From positions 6,696,001 through 6,760,000 of the forward strand of contig JANJGN010000034.1 in the NCBI GenBank assembly GCA_026770705.1: a stretch of DNA of 64,000 bases, read 5' to 3'. This document shows positions 1-14,174 of the stretch, one piece after another. Every line of letters begins with the position of its first letter. Position 1 is the first letter of the stretch. The notes under the pieces are model-generated. The model did not search any database. It worked only from the letters and a program-made list of their open reading frames with translations, and had not been told where the DNA came from. Both the position numbers and the translations under genes were made by a program. The DNA comes from Isurus oxyrinchus. Its lineage: Eukaryota.

Positions 1-784
1 TTAGGTGCACCAGGGAAGATTCTGTTTAGGCTCAGCCTAGTTTTAAATTATATATGTTCATGCCATTTTTCTTATATCACTTTCTTTCCGATCCCTAAGT
101 ATCGGGATGCGTCAAAATGATTCCTGGTGCAATTATGCATAGCTGAGTTTTACCAAAAAATATTCCACCCAGAACAGACTTTGAAAGAATTGGCAATCGA
201 ATCAATTAAATGAAAACAAATATGCCACCCAGGAGCGTGCTTCAGACGACGCATAAATTGCGATCGAATGAGCTAACTGATTGAATTTTATTGAATGAGT
301 TTTTTTTAACCACATGAGTAGTCCAAAGAGTAACCGTTAATTTTACTGATCTATTGAGCCTTCTAAAAATAATATAATTAAAATACTTAGCTAATGTCAA
401 AAGTTTAGTTTTATTTTTTATATTGACCCAAATATTATTAATGCAAATTATGAAATCATAGAATGATTACAGAACAGCTGGAGCCTGTAGGTGCTGTTTC
501 TGTGGAGAATTTATGTAAGAGCTGTTGAATATAGATCGCCTCACCAGCCTATTGCCTAGGGCGGTCTCTTATCTAAATAAACCAGTCCCGAGTTCAGTAA
601 TGTTTTCTCGAAATTGAATTGGAGGTATTTTAGCTTTTTTTCTTTCCCTCTCCAGATGATCGGAAAATTTAATTTGAAACCCGAGATTAATTATATCTCG
701 CGCAAGCTCCCTTTCAGTGATATACAGATCTCAATCACTCTCTCAATGCAAATAAACAGGATCAGCCATGTACATAATGTGGGT

Positions 785-945
785 GGAATCATTTGGCGAA
801 GGAAGCCTCTCACCCTCGCCTAGTGTAGCCTATATGTGAACCTAGGCCTACAGCAATCTGTTGAACTCTTAACTGTCCTCTGAGATGGCCTAAGAAGTCA
901 TCACGTTGCAGTTAAATTAAGGATCGGCACAATGCATGAAAAATA
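785..945 (+). mobile_element. Decayed SINE-like fragment sharing sequence with the 5' region and 3' tail of the LINE family at 14175-16258
   Basis: 841-900 (cctaggcctacagcaatctgttgaactcttaactgtcctctgagatggcc) aligns by eye with the reverse complement of 15961-16020. It is followed by aattaaggatcggcacaatgc, which resembles the LINE tail attaaggataggcaataaatgc at about 28189-28210. Boundaries are approximate. Confidence 0.4.
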
Positions 946-3780
946 TAATTTAAAATGAAACATTTGCCAAGTAAACCGTCTTTTCATATTTTGTCTCCCC
1001 AATCTTGTGATCGTTCATAATATGTTCACGACATTTACAGGGAGAGTCAATGCTGGAACAGGGCCTTCTCGTAAACGTAGGACAGCATATCTCTTAACAT
1101 TACCTAGCGTGTCAAAAGTGCCCGTGTATTGAAATGCAATGTTGCAGAGATATTTGAGAGGATTGTCCACGAAATCTGAACTTCATTGAATTATTTTAAC
1201 AATTACTTGTATGTGAACAAATCATGGTCCTTATATGCTGTTAGACCCTTAATTGATTGAACTTTAGTTTTCACTATGTAGAATAACAGGGATGATAATT
1301 GTGTTTGACAAGAGCTGCTCTCCAATAATCTGCAAGCATTACATAGAATTTTAGACTCATTGAGTGTTGAGCATTTTGAACCAGTTCGCTGTCCTTTGTC
1401 TTCCATTTCTGGATACTTGACTCTTATGGCTCTAAAGGAAGACATTTGGTGCTCTTCCCGGTATCAAACTTTGCTCATTAGCTTTGCTTTACAAGTTTGT
1501 GAAGACATATGTCGCTGGTGGTTTCAAATGCTTCAAATAATGCACTGGCACCCTGGCATTCCCTCATGGCGGTTATAGGAAATGCTTGCCCAGGAAGCAG
1601 TATTAGACTTTGACAATGCAGCCTAATCCTTTCTATTTTTGTCACTTCATTGACGTTTTTTCTGTGGTGCCTGGCACGCACACTGCTCCTACCAGAGTGG
1701 TGTATCTGCTTATTTCCAACATGAGTTTTGCGACGAGCATCAGTCACACTGAAAGGGTTTCTTTTGTTTAGACTTGCACATGCAGTGCCCTTCAATGTCA
1801 CTTAGCTTGCATATGTCATGATCTGCACGCAATATGATGCACAGGCAGGAGAGGAATCACCCGCGTGGCTTGCTCGGTTCCATTAACGGATGACAATAAA
1901 TTAACATGAAGAAAGAGGTTGTACATTTTCCCCCTTTGCGAGGATTACGTCATATTCACAAAAACATTCAGTGGAGCATCAAAAGTGTATGATTTCAGAT
2001 TGTCGAGAAGATTTTTGGGAGGAAATCCCAGTAAGTGTGGATTGGGCCACCTGCCGATGCATATGTCAATCAATCATATATCATGTAAACCACAGTCAGC
2101 TGCTTATCTCCATTGTGACTAACAAAGGATATGAATCCAAGCTATTGGATGCGATTGTGGTGCTTACCTGCAATTGGTCTGAGATGGTTCTATATAATAT
2201 CACGAACCAATCTCCTCATACCCCAGAGGGGTTAGTCTCTGTCACCCTTCATCAGCTTTTGCGATGCATCTCTTGACACGATGCTTGCCCAGTTTTGATA
2301 TTTCCAACTGATGAACGATAAATCTGACTGAACGATTCTAATTTCAGAGAAAAGATTTGCTATCTTCTAGTTGAGAAACAGATATTTAATTGACTTCACC
2401 TCGATCTTCCTAAGTCGTTCTGTGTGTTCTGAATTAGTTGCAATCTCCCCTTCTTTGCTTGTCTTCTGCATTAAATATGATGAAGCTCAAACTCCCTGCA
2501 ACAGATCATGTCGGCACCCCCTGTTCATAGGTGCTCTATTTTTGCTTGTTTTATTTTAGTTTGTTAATCGGTATGCATGGCATTTTTGCCAATTCACTCG
2601 ATTATTCAGGACCCACCCAGGAATTTTTCTTCTGGAGTGAATGTAACACGGCATCCCAGTGTCTGCCCCAGGCGCACTAATGCCTCATTAGCTTCCTGCT
2701 TGATAGAAATACCCTAGAACAACAAAAAGTGTCACCCTATTTTGTTAACGAAACAACTGCCGTACGCTTTCTAATTGGGTTATGCCTATTGCCGTGGCTG
2801 TGAGACCGATATGCCCAGCCTCTGTAACTCATCCAAATCCTGTTGTTGTTCCAATATGAATTGGAAGTCCCCCATGTCTTAGTGTACTGTGAAAGCTCAA
2901 TTTTTGTACTGCTGGCCCCAGTGCTCAGTGCGTCTGTGGAACTGCAAATCGAGTCTAAAGAATGTGATGCTTCCATGTTCTAGTGCGGTCTCAGATGAAT
3001 ACATTACAGAAATGCAGAGCCTGCCAGTTTCTCTTGCTGCTCTAAAAAATTGAAAACCTTCAGATAATAAAAGTTGCCATGAACTTGTTCTAATTTTTCA
3101 CTGCTGACAAAAGTGCACCAAGCACTCAAAGGAAAGGCTGAATAGCAGCGCACAGTCTTGCAGAGCTTGTGATGACACATTGTAAGTAATTGAATACACA
3201 CTAAAGACCATATATAATGTGGTAGCGTTCATAATTTCATTCCTGTCCATGTGTAGCGATCATAGTCGGGCCGTCATAAAGGTGCTTCACATCATATACT
3301 TCCCGCTGTTAAAGAAAACTAAAGTGCTAAAGTCCTGCCAATGTCATGCCACATGTATCCGTCTCTTCCGCCCTAACCCATGTATTTCCGTGCACATTAA
3401 TTTTGTTATCAAGCCAATTAATCTACCTGAGACGTTTGTGTATTTACGTTTGAAGGCTGCCAAATTGGCCATGACAGGAATGATGTCCTCTAGCTTATAC
3501 ACAAACAGTAATCAAGGGGACATTCACATCACTGTGCCCCACTATTAAAAAAAGAAATATTTTCAATCAAGTTGATGAGGCTCCGTTGATAAGCCACCAA
3601 GAAGGGTGAAAGCAATAGAGGAATGGAACATGGGCACATAAAATCCCCTACTTCTTGTTAAGCGCAATTTTCGCATTCACATAAATTCCCCTGAACTTCC
3701 GTTGGAATTATATGGCTGCTCCTTCACAGCTGCTCGATTACAATTCTAAAACTGAATTCTTAGCGAAGCTGCAGTGGATG

Positions 3781-3839
3781 AGGGGGTTGGGCAGGCTGGG
3801 TGCGGGGGGGGGGGGGGGGGAGGGGGTGCGGGAGGTGGG
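3781..3839 (+). repeat. G-rich low-complexity tract (poly-G, potential G-quadruplex)
   Basis: agggggttgggcaggctgggtgc, then a long G run, then agggggtgcgggaggtggg; more than four G3+ runs. Confidence 0.8.
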
Positions 3840-5889
3840 ATCAGAACACGTGGACAGAAACAATTCTAAACAGAGCTCAGGGCCCCCTTCTAAAAGGCAA
3901 TTCGGCATTGTCAGTCAATTCGGACTCACAATTCATGAGCGAAGAGATGATATCCACTTAAGATATTTGATTCAACTGATAAAACTTGGGTCAGCCCTCA
4001 TGTCTGCTTTCAATTAAATTGATGGTAAATTTTTTTGGAAATTTTAGCGGGACACAGACTAAATCTGAGGGGCAGAATAAGCATATACCGCATGTTTAGT
4101 ATCTTAGAGAATGCAATTTCAATATCACAGAACTATGCAGCGACGGAGATACGATTCAATATGTCATGATTTTGTCAGCTATTTAAGATCACAGCCAATC
4201 AGTTCAGTCCCAACTATTTCTCCTTAAAGTTGTATCACTTTCAGCATAGCAAGAAAATCAATCCGTAAACATTTCTGCTCTGGGGAGTACAGGCTCAGGT
4301 TCCCCTGTCTCTTTGTACGACTCATAGACTTCGATTTTGCTTCAATATTCAATTAAAGTAATACTGGTCAATTTTGCATTCTTTCAGCGCGGAGAAATTC
4401 CTAATACAAAAAAAAAAAGCACAGAGTGGAAACCAAAAATATGTATAAGACTCTTCTTGCGTAGACTGAAGCTAGGCTAGAAAATTCACATCAGCAAAGC
4501 TTCATTATCAGATGCAAAGTGCAACATACTTGTCCATAAGTAGTCTGCTGTTTTTCATCAAACGTTAATTCTGAATTTCTATTCTTCGAAATAGCCTTCA
4601 GAGAAACTCTGAAAAAGCTATGTAAGTATTTGATATATGTTTTTAAAATTTGACTGCTTTACATGCATCCCAATGTAGGTGAGGCGCAATGTGCAGCACT
4701 GGTCATATATCCTAACCAATATTCAGGCGGCATGTTGCACGGCCCACACAACATACACTTCTGTTTTTCAAGTGAAGCAAACTTGGCCATTTCAACATGG
4801 GACGAAAGAATTTCTGGCAGGTATAATATGAGCACTTAGGATTACTGAATAGGTGAACCGAAAGTCGTCGACAACATGTATCCACTCGTGGGTATCCATG
4901 TGCAAGGAGCTCTTGACGTGAAACAGCCGGAAGTACACCCAAAATTCGATCCAGGACAAACATCTTTGCCAAAAGGGCGACGGTATTGTAGAAATAGCTT
5001 ACTCAAGACGCATTGGTGCGAATAGTAAAGAGTTACAACAGCAGAATCTAGTCATTAGCAACAAAATGGGTGGGTGGTGCTTTTTCTGCTCATGGGATGT
5101 ATGTAGAGGAATGGCAGATGTGTCATTTGAAGTAAAATCAATTGCTCGGAGCAGTTTTGTCGCTGCCCCTACATTTTTGCCTCTTTATTTTAGCTCTCCG
5201 GTAAATCCTCGGAAGTTATTTTAGTCCAGCTGAAAAGGGAGGCCAAGCCTTGGATTACGGCTCTTCGTTCAAATTGTGCCTTCAATGCCTGAGCACACTT
5301 CATATAACAGTTTGTCAAATATGCAACTTTGCATCTCAGAGACTGCCATTGAGCTGGATACGATTGGCACTTCAAGTAGAAAGCTGCCTAAATTATATTC
5401 CAATCAAGAGACAAGTTGCATAAAAGTTCATGGGAAATGATATTAATTTTTTTGAGAAAAGGTCAATGAACATTGTATCGCATTTTCACACAGTGTGCAG
5501 AGTTGGAAATAATTACTTGCATTCAAATTTAAATAACTAGAAATTCTGTTATGCGTACGTATGGTATTTCAGTCTAATTTAAGTTTCTGCAGATGCTATT
5601 GACTCAAGGACATTCACCCTCCTGATTGCAGTTGAATCTAATAGTAGGAGGATTAATACATGGTAGTTACTGTTAAGTCCAAGAAAAATTCGAGGACTCA
5701 TTTTCTCAAGACGGTGAGAGTGAGGGGCTGGAAAGGTCCCAATCTATTTTAAACTCCATTTGTATTGGTGGCAACGTAAAACCACCTTGCTTTAAAATTG
5801 CGCCCAATTACTTCAAAGGAGGGTGAGTTGAATTCATGGGGATGAAAGAAATAGAAAACAATGCTTATGGGCTTAGGGCATAACATCAC

Positions 5890-6640
5890 TGAGAATAGGA
5901 GCAGAGGTAAGGCATTTAGTTATTTAGCTTGGTGTGCCATTCGGTAAGATCATGGTTGAGCTGTTTCTGGTCACAACCTCGACTTCCTATTTACTCCCAA
6001 CACCCTTGTCCCATTTGTCTATCAGAAATCCGTCTTAATCTGCCTTAAATAAATTCAATTACCCATCGTCCACTTCTTCCTCCGAAGGGAATCCCACAAA
6101 CCAACGGCCTTCAGTCAGAGAAAAAGTACATCTCCTCTTATCCCTCTTAAAACGGAGATGTGCTATTCTTAAACTGTCTCCAACTGGTTCTCTTCTCCAG
6201 ACAAGAGGTAAGGTTTTCCTTGTATCCGCCATATGTCACCTCAGGATCAATATTTTTCAATAAGATCACCTCTCATTCCTCTAAATTTAAATGAGACAAG
6301 AGCCAACCCATTCAATCTTTGATTATAATATAAGCGCTTCATCTCAGGAATCAGTCGAATCAACTTTCTCTGAACTGCTTCTGCATTAACCAATTTTAAA
6401 TTGAACTGATTACTAATTATCGTACTCCGGAAGTGCTCTTAGCAAGGCCATATACAGCTGCCATAAAATGTCTCACGTTTCATATTCCATTCCATTTTCT
6501 AATAAAACAATTTTGCCTCCTATTGCACTGCATGCTAGCTTTTCATTTTGTTGATCATTTCTGCACCAGGACGCATTGGTTATCCTGTAATAATCGTTTT
6601 TTCTTCATCTATTCTTCTTGACAAAGTGGACCGTTAACTT
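5890..6640 (-). mobile_element. Decayed CR1-group LINE 3' fragment
   Basis: Resembles the reverse complement of CR1-type 3' regions (aataggagcagaggtaaggcatt...aagatcatggttgagctg; aagatcacctctcattcctctaaa). No intact ORF. Boundaries are approximate. Confidence 0.5.
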
Positions 6641-9454
6641 AAAATTAATCCACTTGTACTCAGCGTCTAGGTGAGCCAAGAACTTTTGATAAAGCCAATG
6701 GGTGACATCTTTTCAGGAATATCCTGTTCAATGCTGCATAGCTTGGGTTCCATCGGGGATGCTCGGCTCTGGAAACTATTACAACCTTGGGCCAAATTTG
6801 AAATAAAGGGTATATCCTGAGGATATGGTCAGGCTGATTGCAACGTAAATATGCATGTTTATTAAATACCTGATTGCTTCTTAATTAATTGTTGGGAATT
6901 ATATTAAGTTTCATCGTGTCTTCACAGCCAAATTGGTGGACGAAAGTATAAAAGGTAAATATGTATGATCAACTTGAAAAGTGTCCTTAGTTTTGCATTG
7001 TGAACCATGGAACTTCGCATCAACTTGTGGATGTCAATGTGCAACTGACTCAAGTCGATGCCTCTGTTGCTGTGTCCATTTCTAGGGCGCAATCTTAATA
7101 ACAGCCCGCCACCAAAAATGTAAATTGAAAGATTTGCAAAACGATTCGGGTAGCACGTAATCACATTTGTTTATTGAAAATTTAATCTGCGTAAAAAATT
7201 CCAAGGATAAAATTGAAAATGGTCATGGCTTCAGAATTGACATTACATTAATACCCCATTGTTCACCTCGTCCAGTTTCAGTTCCGTTAATTTCAATCGA
7301 ATCAATTGGCTTTCGTGTTGTTTACTTTGTGCTGAAGCCTTTCCATTCACTTATGTAATGACATACGGATTGAAAGGCAAGTGAATAAAATACATTTAAG
7401 TTTTAAACACAGCTCTTTACCAGAACCATGCAGAATATGCAGGAACAGTAGAAAAAGGGCGGTCAGACTTAGCGTCTTGTAGTCATCCAAATGCTGAACG
7501 TGCAACGAACAAATGGTCATTTCAATGCCATTTTTTTGTGAATATGATACAAATTTCCATTTGAACTTGAGCATGGATGCCAAATCGACGTAGTAGTCAT
7601 TGATAGCTTTAATGGTCAGCTATATGTGCAGTTATAACAGCAGAAAAAATAACAAGCTAAGCCTACCCAATGTGTGAACCAGCTACCTCTATCCTATATT
7701 TTACCTTCATTTATTCAAGTCTATAGCAGAAGTAATGAAAGAGAAGTCAGAAATTTATTAGCTTGGACGATTCTCTTCCGAAATCATAAACGAAGGCAGG
7801 CAGACGATATGATAATACTTTGCTTAAACTCATGCCCAAGATGAAATTCTGACCTTTTAACATTTAAAACAGCCTTCACTAAATAACACCAGATAAGAAA
7901 ACAACGAACTTTCATTGTTTTTGTGCAGATTTAGATGCAATGAAGAAAGACCGAATGCTTCTAGGTAAAAAAGCATAACAACTGTCTGGTAGGAATGTTA
8001 TGCTTTTGCTGAAAACATTATTATTCATTGAATTAATTGATATAAGTCCAGCGATGTGCAGAGCCTTTCATATCTTAATCCACCTAGCACATTAATTGGC
8101 TTCCTGCCGATTCCATCTGGGTATCGAATAAACACTTCCCATCCTTGTATTCAAAACTTCCCCTTGCAGAACACTTCATGATAATCGTAACACCTTCTGA
8201 CACCGACAAGCTAGGTCACTGCAATGCTCCACATCTGACCTATTTTGCATTCCCGATTTCCATACATCCAGCATTGGTGAATGCACAACGTGTAGGCTCT
8301 GGAATTCAGCACACCAAAGTCCACTCATCTTTCCAACTCTGGTTGTCCCTTTATAAAGTTTATGATCAATCAAAGATTGATCTGTAATTGGTCATCTTAC
8401 GATAGATCAACTCATATCTAGATTTGTTTGATTACCCGTTCCTGTGTAGCATCATGCAATGCCTTATTAAGTTTAATATTACAAGCAAAATATAGTGCAC
8501 CCCATTTGCCAGGCTAAGTGTTCGACCAAGTTTTGTTATGTTTGCTCGGAAGTTAAATCAGCGTTCCTGTGATCTGCACAGAAAAGTAGGTCATCATATG
8601 AGGACTATGTGTAAACCGATGTAATTAAATGGCTCTTTCGAAGAATATAAGGAGCCGAGTTAAATGTTCTTTGGACCATAATTTCTCATGTCTCAACTCA
8701 TATTCAGCTTCACTATGTTGTTCTAATGTATTTTGCAGACAAGAAGACGCCTTTCACACCAAAAGGTGACTAATTGCAAATCACCTTGCAGATGTGCCCG
8801 CCTCTCCAGGGCACCGAATCTAGGTGCTGTGGATATATAGATAGTAACTAATAATGTCAGTAAGAGAATTTTGATTGGTAATAGAAATTGACTCAAGTTC
8901 ACAAGAACCATAGGTATTTCCTCCATTAAACAGAGGGAGAGTTTATTATGTCTAGCGTGAGGGGTGCAAATCTATAAGAAAGCGGCAAAGTGTGGAGTCA
9001 CACAGCCACTACAGGAATGGCACCCAAGCCTTTGCCACAATTACGCATCATACAGTAACACTAGCCATCTTGCCAGGAGATTAAACTGAATATTACCCTG
9101 TTAAAGTGCAAAATGTGGCCCTGGCTGCTGCAGAGGGTCGCATTTCACCATTAGCTACTGCGTCTCATCAGCGCGAACGAAAGTGGGACCCTGAATCTCC
9201 TTAAACCAGAGGGTGAAAATCAAGATATTATCAGTGGGAGCACCATTCAATTGAAGATCGTAGACGATATCCGAGGCCTGTATAATCACAGGGGCAGCAT
9301 TCTGGCAGCTATGTTAGTGCCGATTTTATATTTGGCTGCTGCAGAGCCTAAAGAGAAATGAGAGAGTGTGCCTCAATGGTAAGCTGCGCAAGGAGGCAAG
9401 GGAATATTCCTAAATTAAAGAGAATACAGCGGAAGATACAAACCTGAAGGAAAA

Positions 9455-9530
9455 TAAATTCTTTGCAAATATTCATCTTTCTGGCAGCATCTGTGGCAAG
9501 TGGAACAGATTTAACGTTTCAGGTTGTGAC
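9455..9530 (-). mobile_element. Decayed Penelope pLTR fragment (3' half of HHR plus tail)
   Basis: Minus strand reads gtcacaacctgaaacgttaaatctgttccacttgccacagatgctgccaga, matching the GAAACGT...GATGCTGCCAGA pLTR motif of the young copies. Confidence 0.55.
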
Positions 9531-12500
9531 ATGATATTGCATTATATTTCAAATGGGACGGCACCTGGAAGGTTGCCAAAAGTCTCTCTAGTGCGGGGGC
9601 AAGCTTCAGCAGTCATTCATTATGACGTTGCATCGGCGAGTCACCCGTCATAAGTTCTGGCCTGATTCCCGCACCTCCTCCCCACCTCCACCCATGCACA
9701 AACACACATACCACAGACGCAATCCGCGGGAAGCTACCAGAATTTACCAGGGTGCCTGGTGATGAGATGCCGATCAATGTGGAAGTCTGCAAAAAATCTG
9801 CCGGAGGCGTTAACTGAGCCGTCGTTGAGTACTTTATTTGGCACAATGGAGCCCCAAGCGTGTGTGCCCATCATGGGACTTGGTGTTGCTCATAACACAG
9901 TCAACCTGCTGGAAGGTTTCGGGCTCTCCTTCTGGCAGAATGGGATACCATTTTATGAGCTCTTCACGCCCCTAGCCATCTATTTAGGTCAGTAAAATCA
10001 ATAATGGCTAGTGCTTGTGACGAACAACATTGATCCATTTAATGTGAAGTTATGCAAGTATATCAGAGGGAAAAAAAACGCTGCTTCGATGAGGTTAATG
10101 TTCTGAGGCGTATGGAATATGATAATGTGTCAAGGGGCAGCAATTCTCTGAATGAATTATTTATTTTCCCATGCTGCATTTGTTGTTCGTCAGAAAAACG
10201 TGTCTCAGCTGGGAAATGCTGACGTTTGCTTGAAGTATCGCCAGTTAAGGTATATGAGTGAAGGGGTGAGTGCCTAAGCAACAAAGACTTCTGAAAACGA
10301 CGGGTCGATGTCCTGGAAGTTGCGATGGACTTGTTATGATGAAATTACAACATATTAGGCTCACATATCCTCTGTAATCTGGTCTCCAACAGATTGCAGT
10401 GGTAGTATGATATTAAAATTTGAAACCTGGGATGATAATTTAACAGTTGTTATTTAGCTTGCCCTAGAAGCAATGGAACCCGAATTAAATGATATGTTAG
10501 ATCAGTGCCCTTTGGTTTGGGTTACAGTATGTGCACTAGAGCTTTGTTTGCACTCAAGTTTACAGAAAATGGAAGTTGCCATAACATCCGGGGCATATGG
10601 ACATAATCGTTGATAGCTTCATTAGCAACGTCGTTGAAACAACAATAGTGGCACATTTTCTTCACAGGTGTGGGAGTACGTGATTCAGACTTTTAACAGA
10701 AAACTGAGTTTCGGACATGGTTCAATTCTGAAGGTTGCAGTGTTCGTTCACTAAGCAGCCAATAAATGCCTATCTGGGCTTTGTAAATAAAGGCGTGAGT
10801 TACAAAAGCCAGGAGGTTTTGCTGTATTTGCGTGATGGAAAAATGGGGCTACAGTTTGCCTTGCTTCAAAATTCTAGGCAGCACACTTCAGATTTCCAGC
10901 ATCCCCATAGTTTTGCTTTTATGATGCCGTCACACACTGTATACAGATCATGTTTTTTTTTCGAATGGGCCAACAATCAGGAGTTGAAGTGATATGGAAA
11001 GACTGAAAAAATGCTAGTTCTATTCGACTTGGATCAGAGAAAGCTAAAAGGTGGTTTGATAGCAGAATTGAACTGTTTACATTAATGCAATCACTGACAA
11101 AACGGCATATTTGTAAACTGATGAGAAAACTGCATCGATCATACCATGAGTTATTCATTTTATAATAAACGAAAACTAAGTGTGTTCGATGCATTGCTAA
11201 TTATGCTGACACAAATAGATTTGGCAGTGGTCTTCGGAAATGAATTGTACACATTTTTTCATGGAACATTATCAGACTAATCGTGAAAGGATTGCAGAAT
11301 TGTACTTGTCGATTGCTAGCGAAAAAAGTGATTGCAGGCTAGTTAGACCGTATGATCTCCTTTTGTATCCCCTCATTTTTTTATTCGGTGCCTAAAGTCC
11401 ATGAGATTTTTCACTGCCAAACTGAACAGATTATTACGGACTCAGAATAAGTAAGCTGGCCTTTGCACTTTTGTAATCCTCGATCGATGAATTAGTTTAT
11501 TTGCAATGTTTGAACCAAATTATTTTCTGCTGAATATTGGAAGCTGATATTAAGATGCTTTTTTTGATTAAATTTCATTCCCATTACAGATTTGTCGCAA
11601 ATCGATGACGCTCTGGGTAAAATATCCTATGACGTGTGTACTGTATCAATCTCTCTGATGGAGCTTAATAGGAAATGATTTATCAATCTTAACTAAATTC
11701 CATGATTGGAAAATATATCATAGAGTTAAGGAACGTTGCAACAATGTGGAGTTTATTTCCAGTACTACCTTTCTGATTAGTGTAACTACATCCACTATCG
11801 AGTATTATTTCACTAAAAGACAAGCTAATCCAGTCAAATAGCAATTTATTTCAAAATGCAGGGAAATGGCACTGCCACTTATCGATGTTATATTTGACGG
11901 GACATCGGACAACCTGAAGGCTCGGGATTCTTTAGATCGAATTACAGCATTCCAAGTGCTGAATATAAACTCAGATAATCAACAAAATTGCAATAAATAT
12001 GCTTTCACTAGTGGTGTCCAGAAAGCTAATGGCATAAAAAAAACACAGTTTTTTCATGAAAATGAATTCCCTAAATGAGGTTTCCTGTGCTTACACGCTG
12101 GCTTATCTGCCCCACCAGAAGAAAGGTGTAGAATTTTCAGTCGACTCAGAAATGGCCGAGCACACCAGCAATGCACGTAACAATGGTTCTTCATACAGCC
12201 TGCAGTGATTGCGGAAGACAGCACGCTATTGTTTTCACCAGGGAAATACATGTGCGACTTGTTGAGAAAGTCCACTTCTTGTGAATGAATACAAGGTCAC
12301 AAAGCAGCATATATGAATCTCACATACTGTAATGGAAGAGTAAGCTATTGATTTAAAATTAACACAACTCATCTTCAACATGCCAACGTCGTCGCCCTGT
12401 TCAATTCTTTTCCAAAGCTGTCAGTTGAATTCACACAAAAGATAATTAGTAACACACAAGATCTCTCCATAGTAATTGAAAGCTTTTACGCAAAATTATA

Positions 12501-14174
12501 TCACGTAACCTCATTATATTGCACTTGATGTAACTTTCGCAGTTCAGGAACTCGATATGCCTGGGTAGCCCAAAATCCAAAAAGAGCAGAAATTTTTTAT
12601 CACCATCAAGTTCTGTTAGAGCATAGTGCCAGGACGGTCGATTGTTGCCACATTCATTGGCTGAACCAAGTCTAAAGTACAATAGAAGTTTAACGCCTCG
12701 ATGTTATAAGGATGATATAGAGGGAGTGGAGAAGGTGCAAAAAAAGACTTACCTAAAGAATAGCAGAAGTGAGAGTTGGTAACGCTCAAGAAATGTTGAG
12801 CATGCAGTGTATATTTTCACTAGAATTAACTGATCCTTCCGTTCAGAGTTAATATTAAATCCAAGGAACTTTGGGCATCTCAGTCTATTTAGGAGCAGGG
12901 GGAAGGGTTATATTTTTCGAGCTGGACTCCGAGAATGCTCTGTGGATATTGTTTTAAATGGTGAACATGTTATTTACAAGTGACTTATAAACGGTGTTCC
13001 CGATATGTAGAGTCCCATTCTAAGGACCTAATTAATATGTTTGTTACAAATGGATAGTACTTTGGATATCAGACTACTCTCAACGAGGTGGCACTGATGC
13101 ATAATGAACTGCTTCGAAGGATAGTAATGAAAAATGTTATCATAACGGAGAAAAGATAATTGGTTAATTATTGTCCCTGGAAAAATACGGAGCTACTGTG
13201 AAATAGGACAAGAGTTGAATTGTCACTGTTGTGTTGAGTTGCATCATCATCATCTTGCGACTAATGATTTCTTGCTGCACTATAAAATTCCGGGACCTTT
13301 GGGGCAGGGCGGAGGTGGGGGTGGAGGTGTGGAGTGGGAGATGGGGGTGATGGTTGGGTGGTGATGGGTGCGGCAATGCTGATGTTTTTGAAATTGTGAT
13401 ACCATGTAAATGTCAGGGTATGTTCAGAAGGGAGAGAAAACAATCACTGAGAATGGATGTAGTAAAAATAGGAAGTTTGGTTGAGGACAAAGGGAACAAT
13501 CTCCATTGAGTATGTAGAGAGGAATTGTTTCACTACTGATTTGCATACAAACAAATGCAAAATTTTAGATGTTAAGACACATAATCTGGGAAAAATGATT
13601 AACATGTTACAGTGTAATGGAACATCTCAAAATTGTAAATGATACGAAATTAATAGAGAATGTTTATTAGAAACGAACGTATTAATAAGGATTAAGGTAT
13701 CACTTATGGCTTTAAGGAAGTATGACATTTTAGGATGAACAACAAATTAAGGCAGTGGATGAACTGGAAAAATAAAGTAAGCTAACGCTACTCGGGGTCT
13801 TTTTCAGAGGGCCAAATAGAGGAAAATATTGCAATAAATACATCGACAAATCTATTAGATGTGCAGAACAAAATATAGCTGTAAAATAGGAGTTTTAAAA
13901 CACTATTTTCGTACAACGCAGTGAAACTAAGGCACGAATTAGTATTCCTAATATGCATGAAGATGAAAGCATTAGGTGAAATTAACATCATGAGAAATGC
14001 TGTAATAAATTGTGTAATTGTGTAACGTACAATGTTCCCAAGGTTTAAAGTAGGAGGAAAAATAATTAAAAAAAAGCTTCCATTTCATTATTTTCCACTA
14101 TCCCCTGACTCGAGACGTGGGGCGAGAGATGTGGAGGATAGTGAACGTTGTACCATTGAATTTCAAAATCATTA

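Noticed and set aside
4852-5025. Open frame EPKVVDNMYPLVGIHVQGALDVKQPEVHPKFDPG.. as a possible exon
   Set aside because: Weak acceptor, no convincing donor and no recognisable homology.
12446-12682. Minus-strand ORF with a plausible acceptor (ttctattgtactttag)
   Set aside because: No recognisable protein similarity or matching donor; its length is expected by chance.
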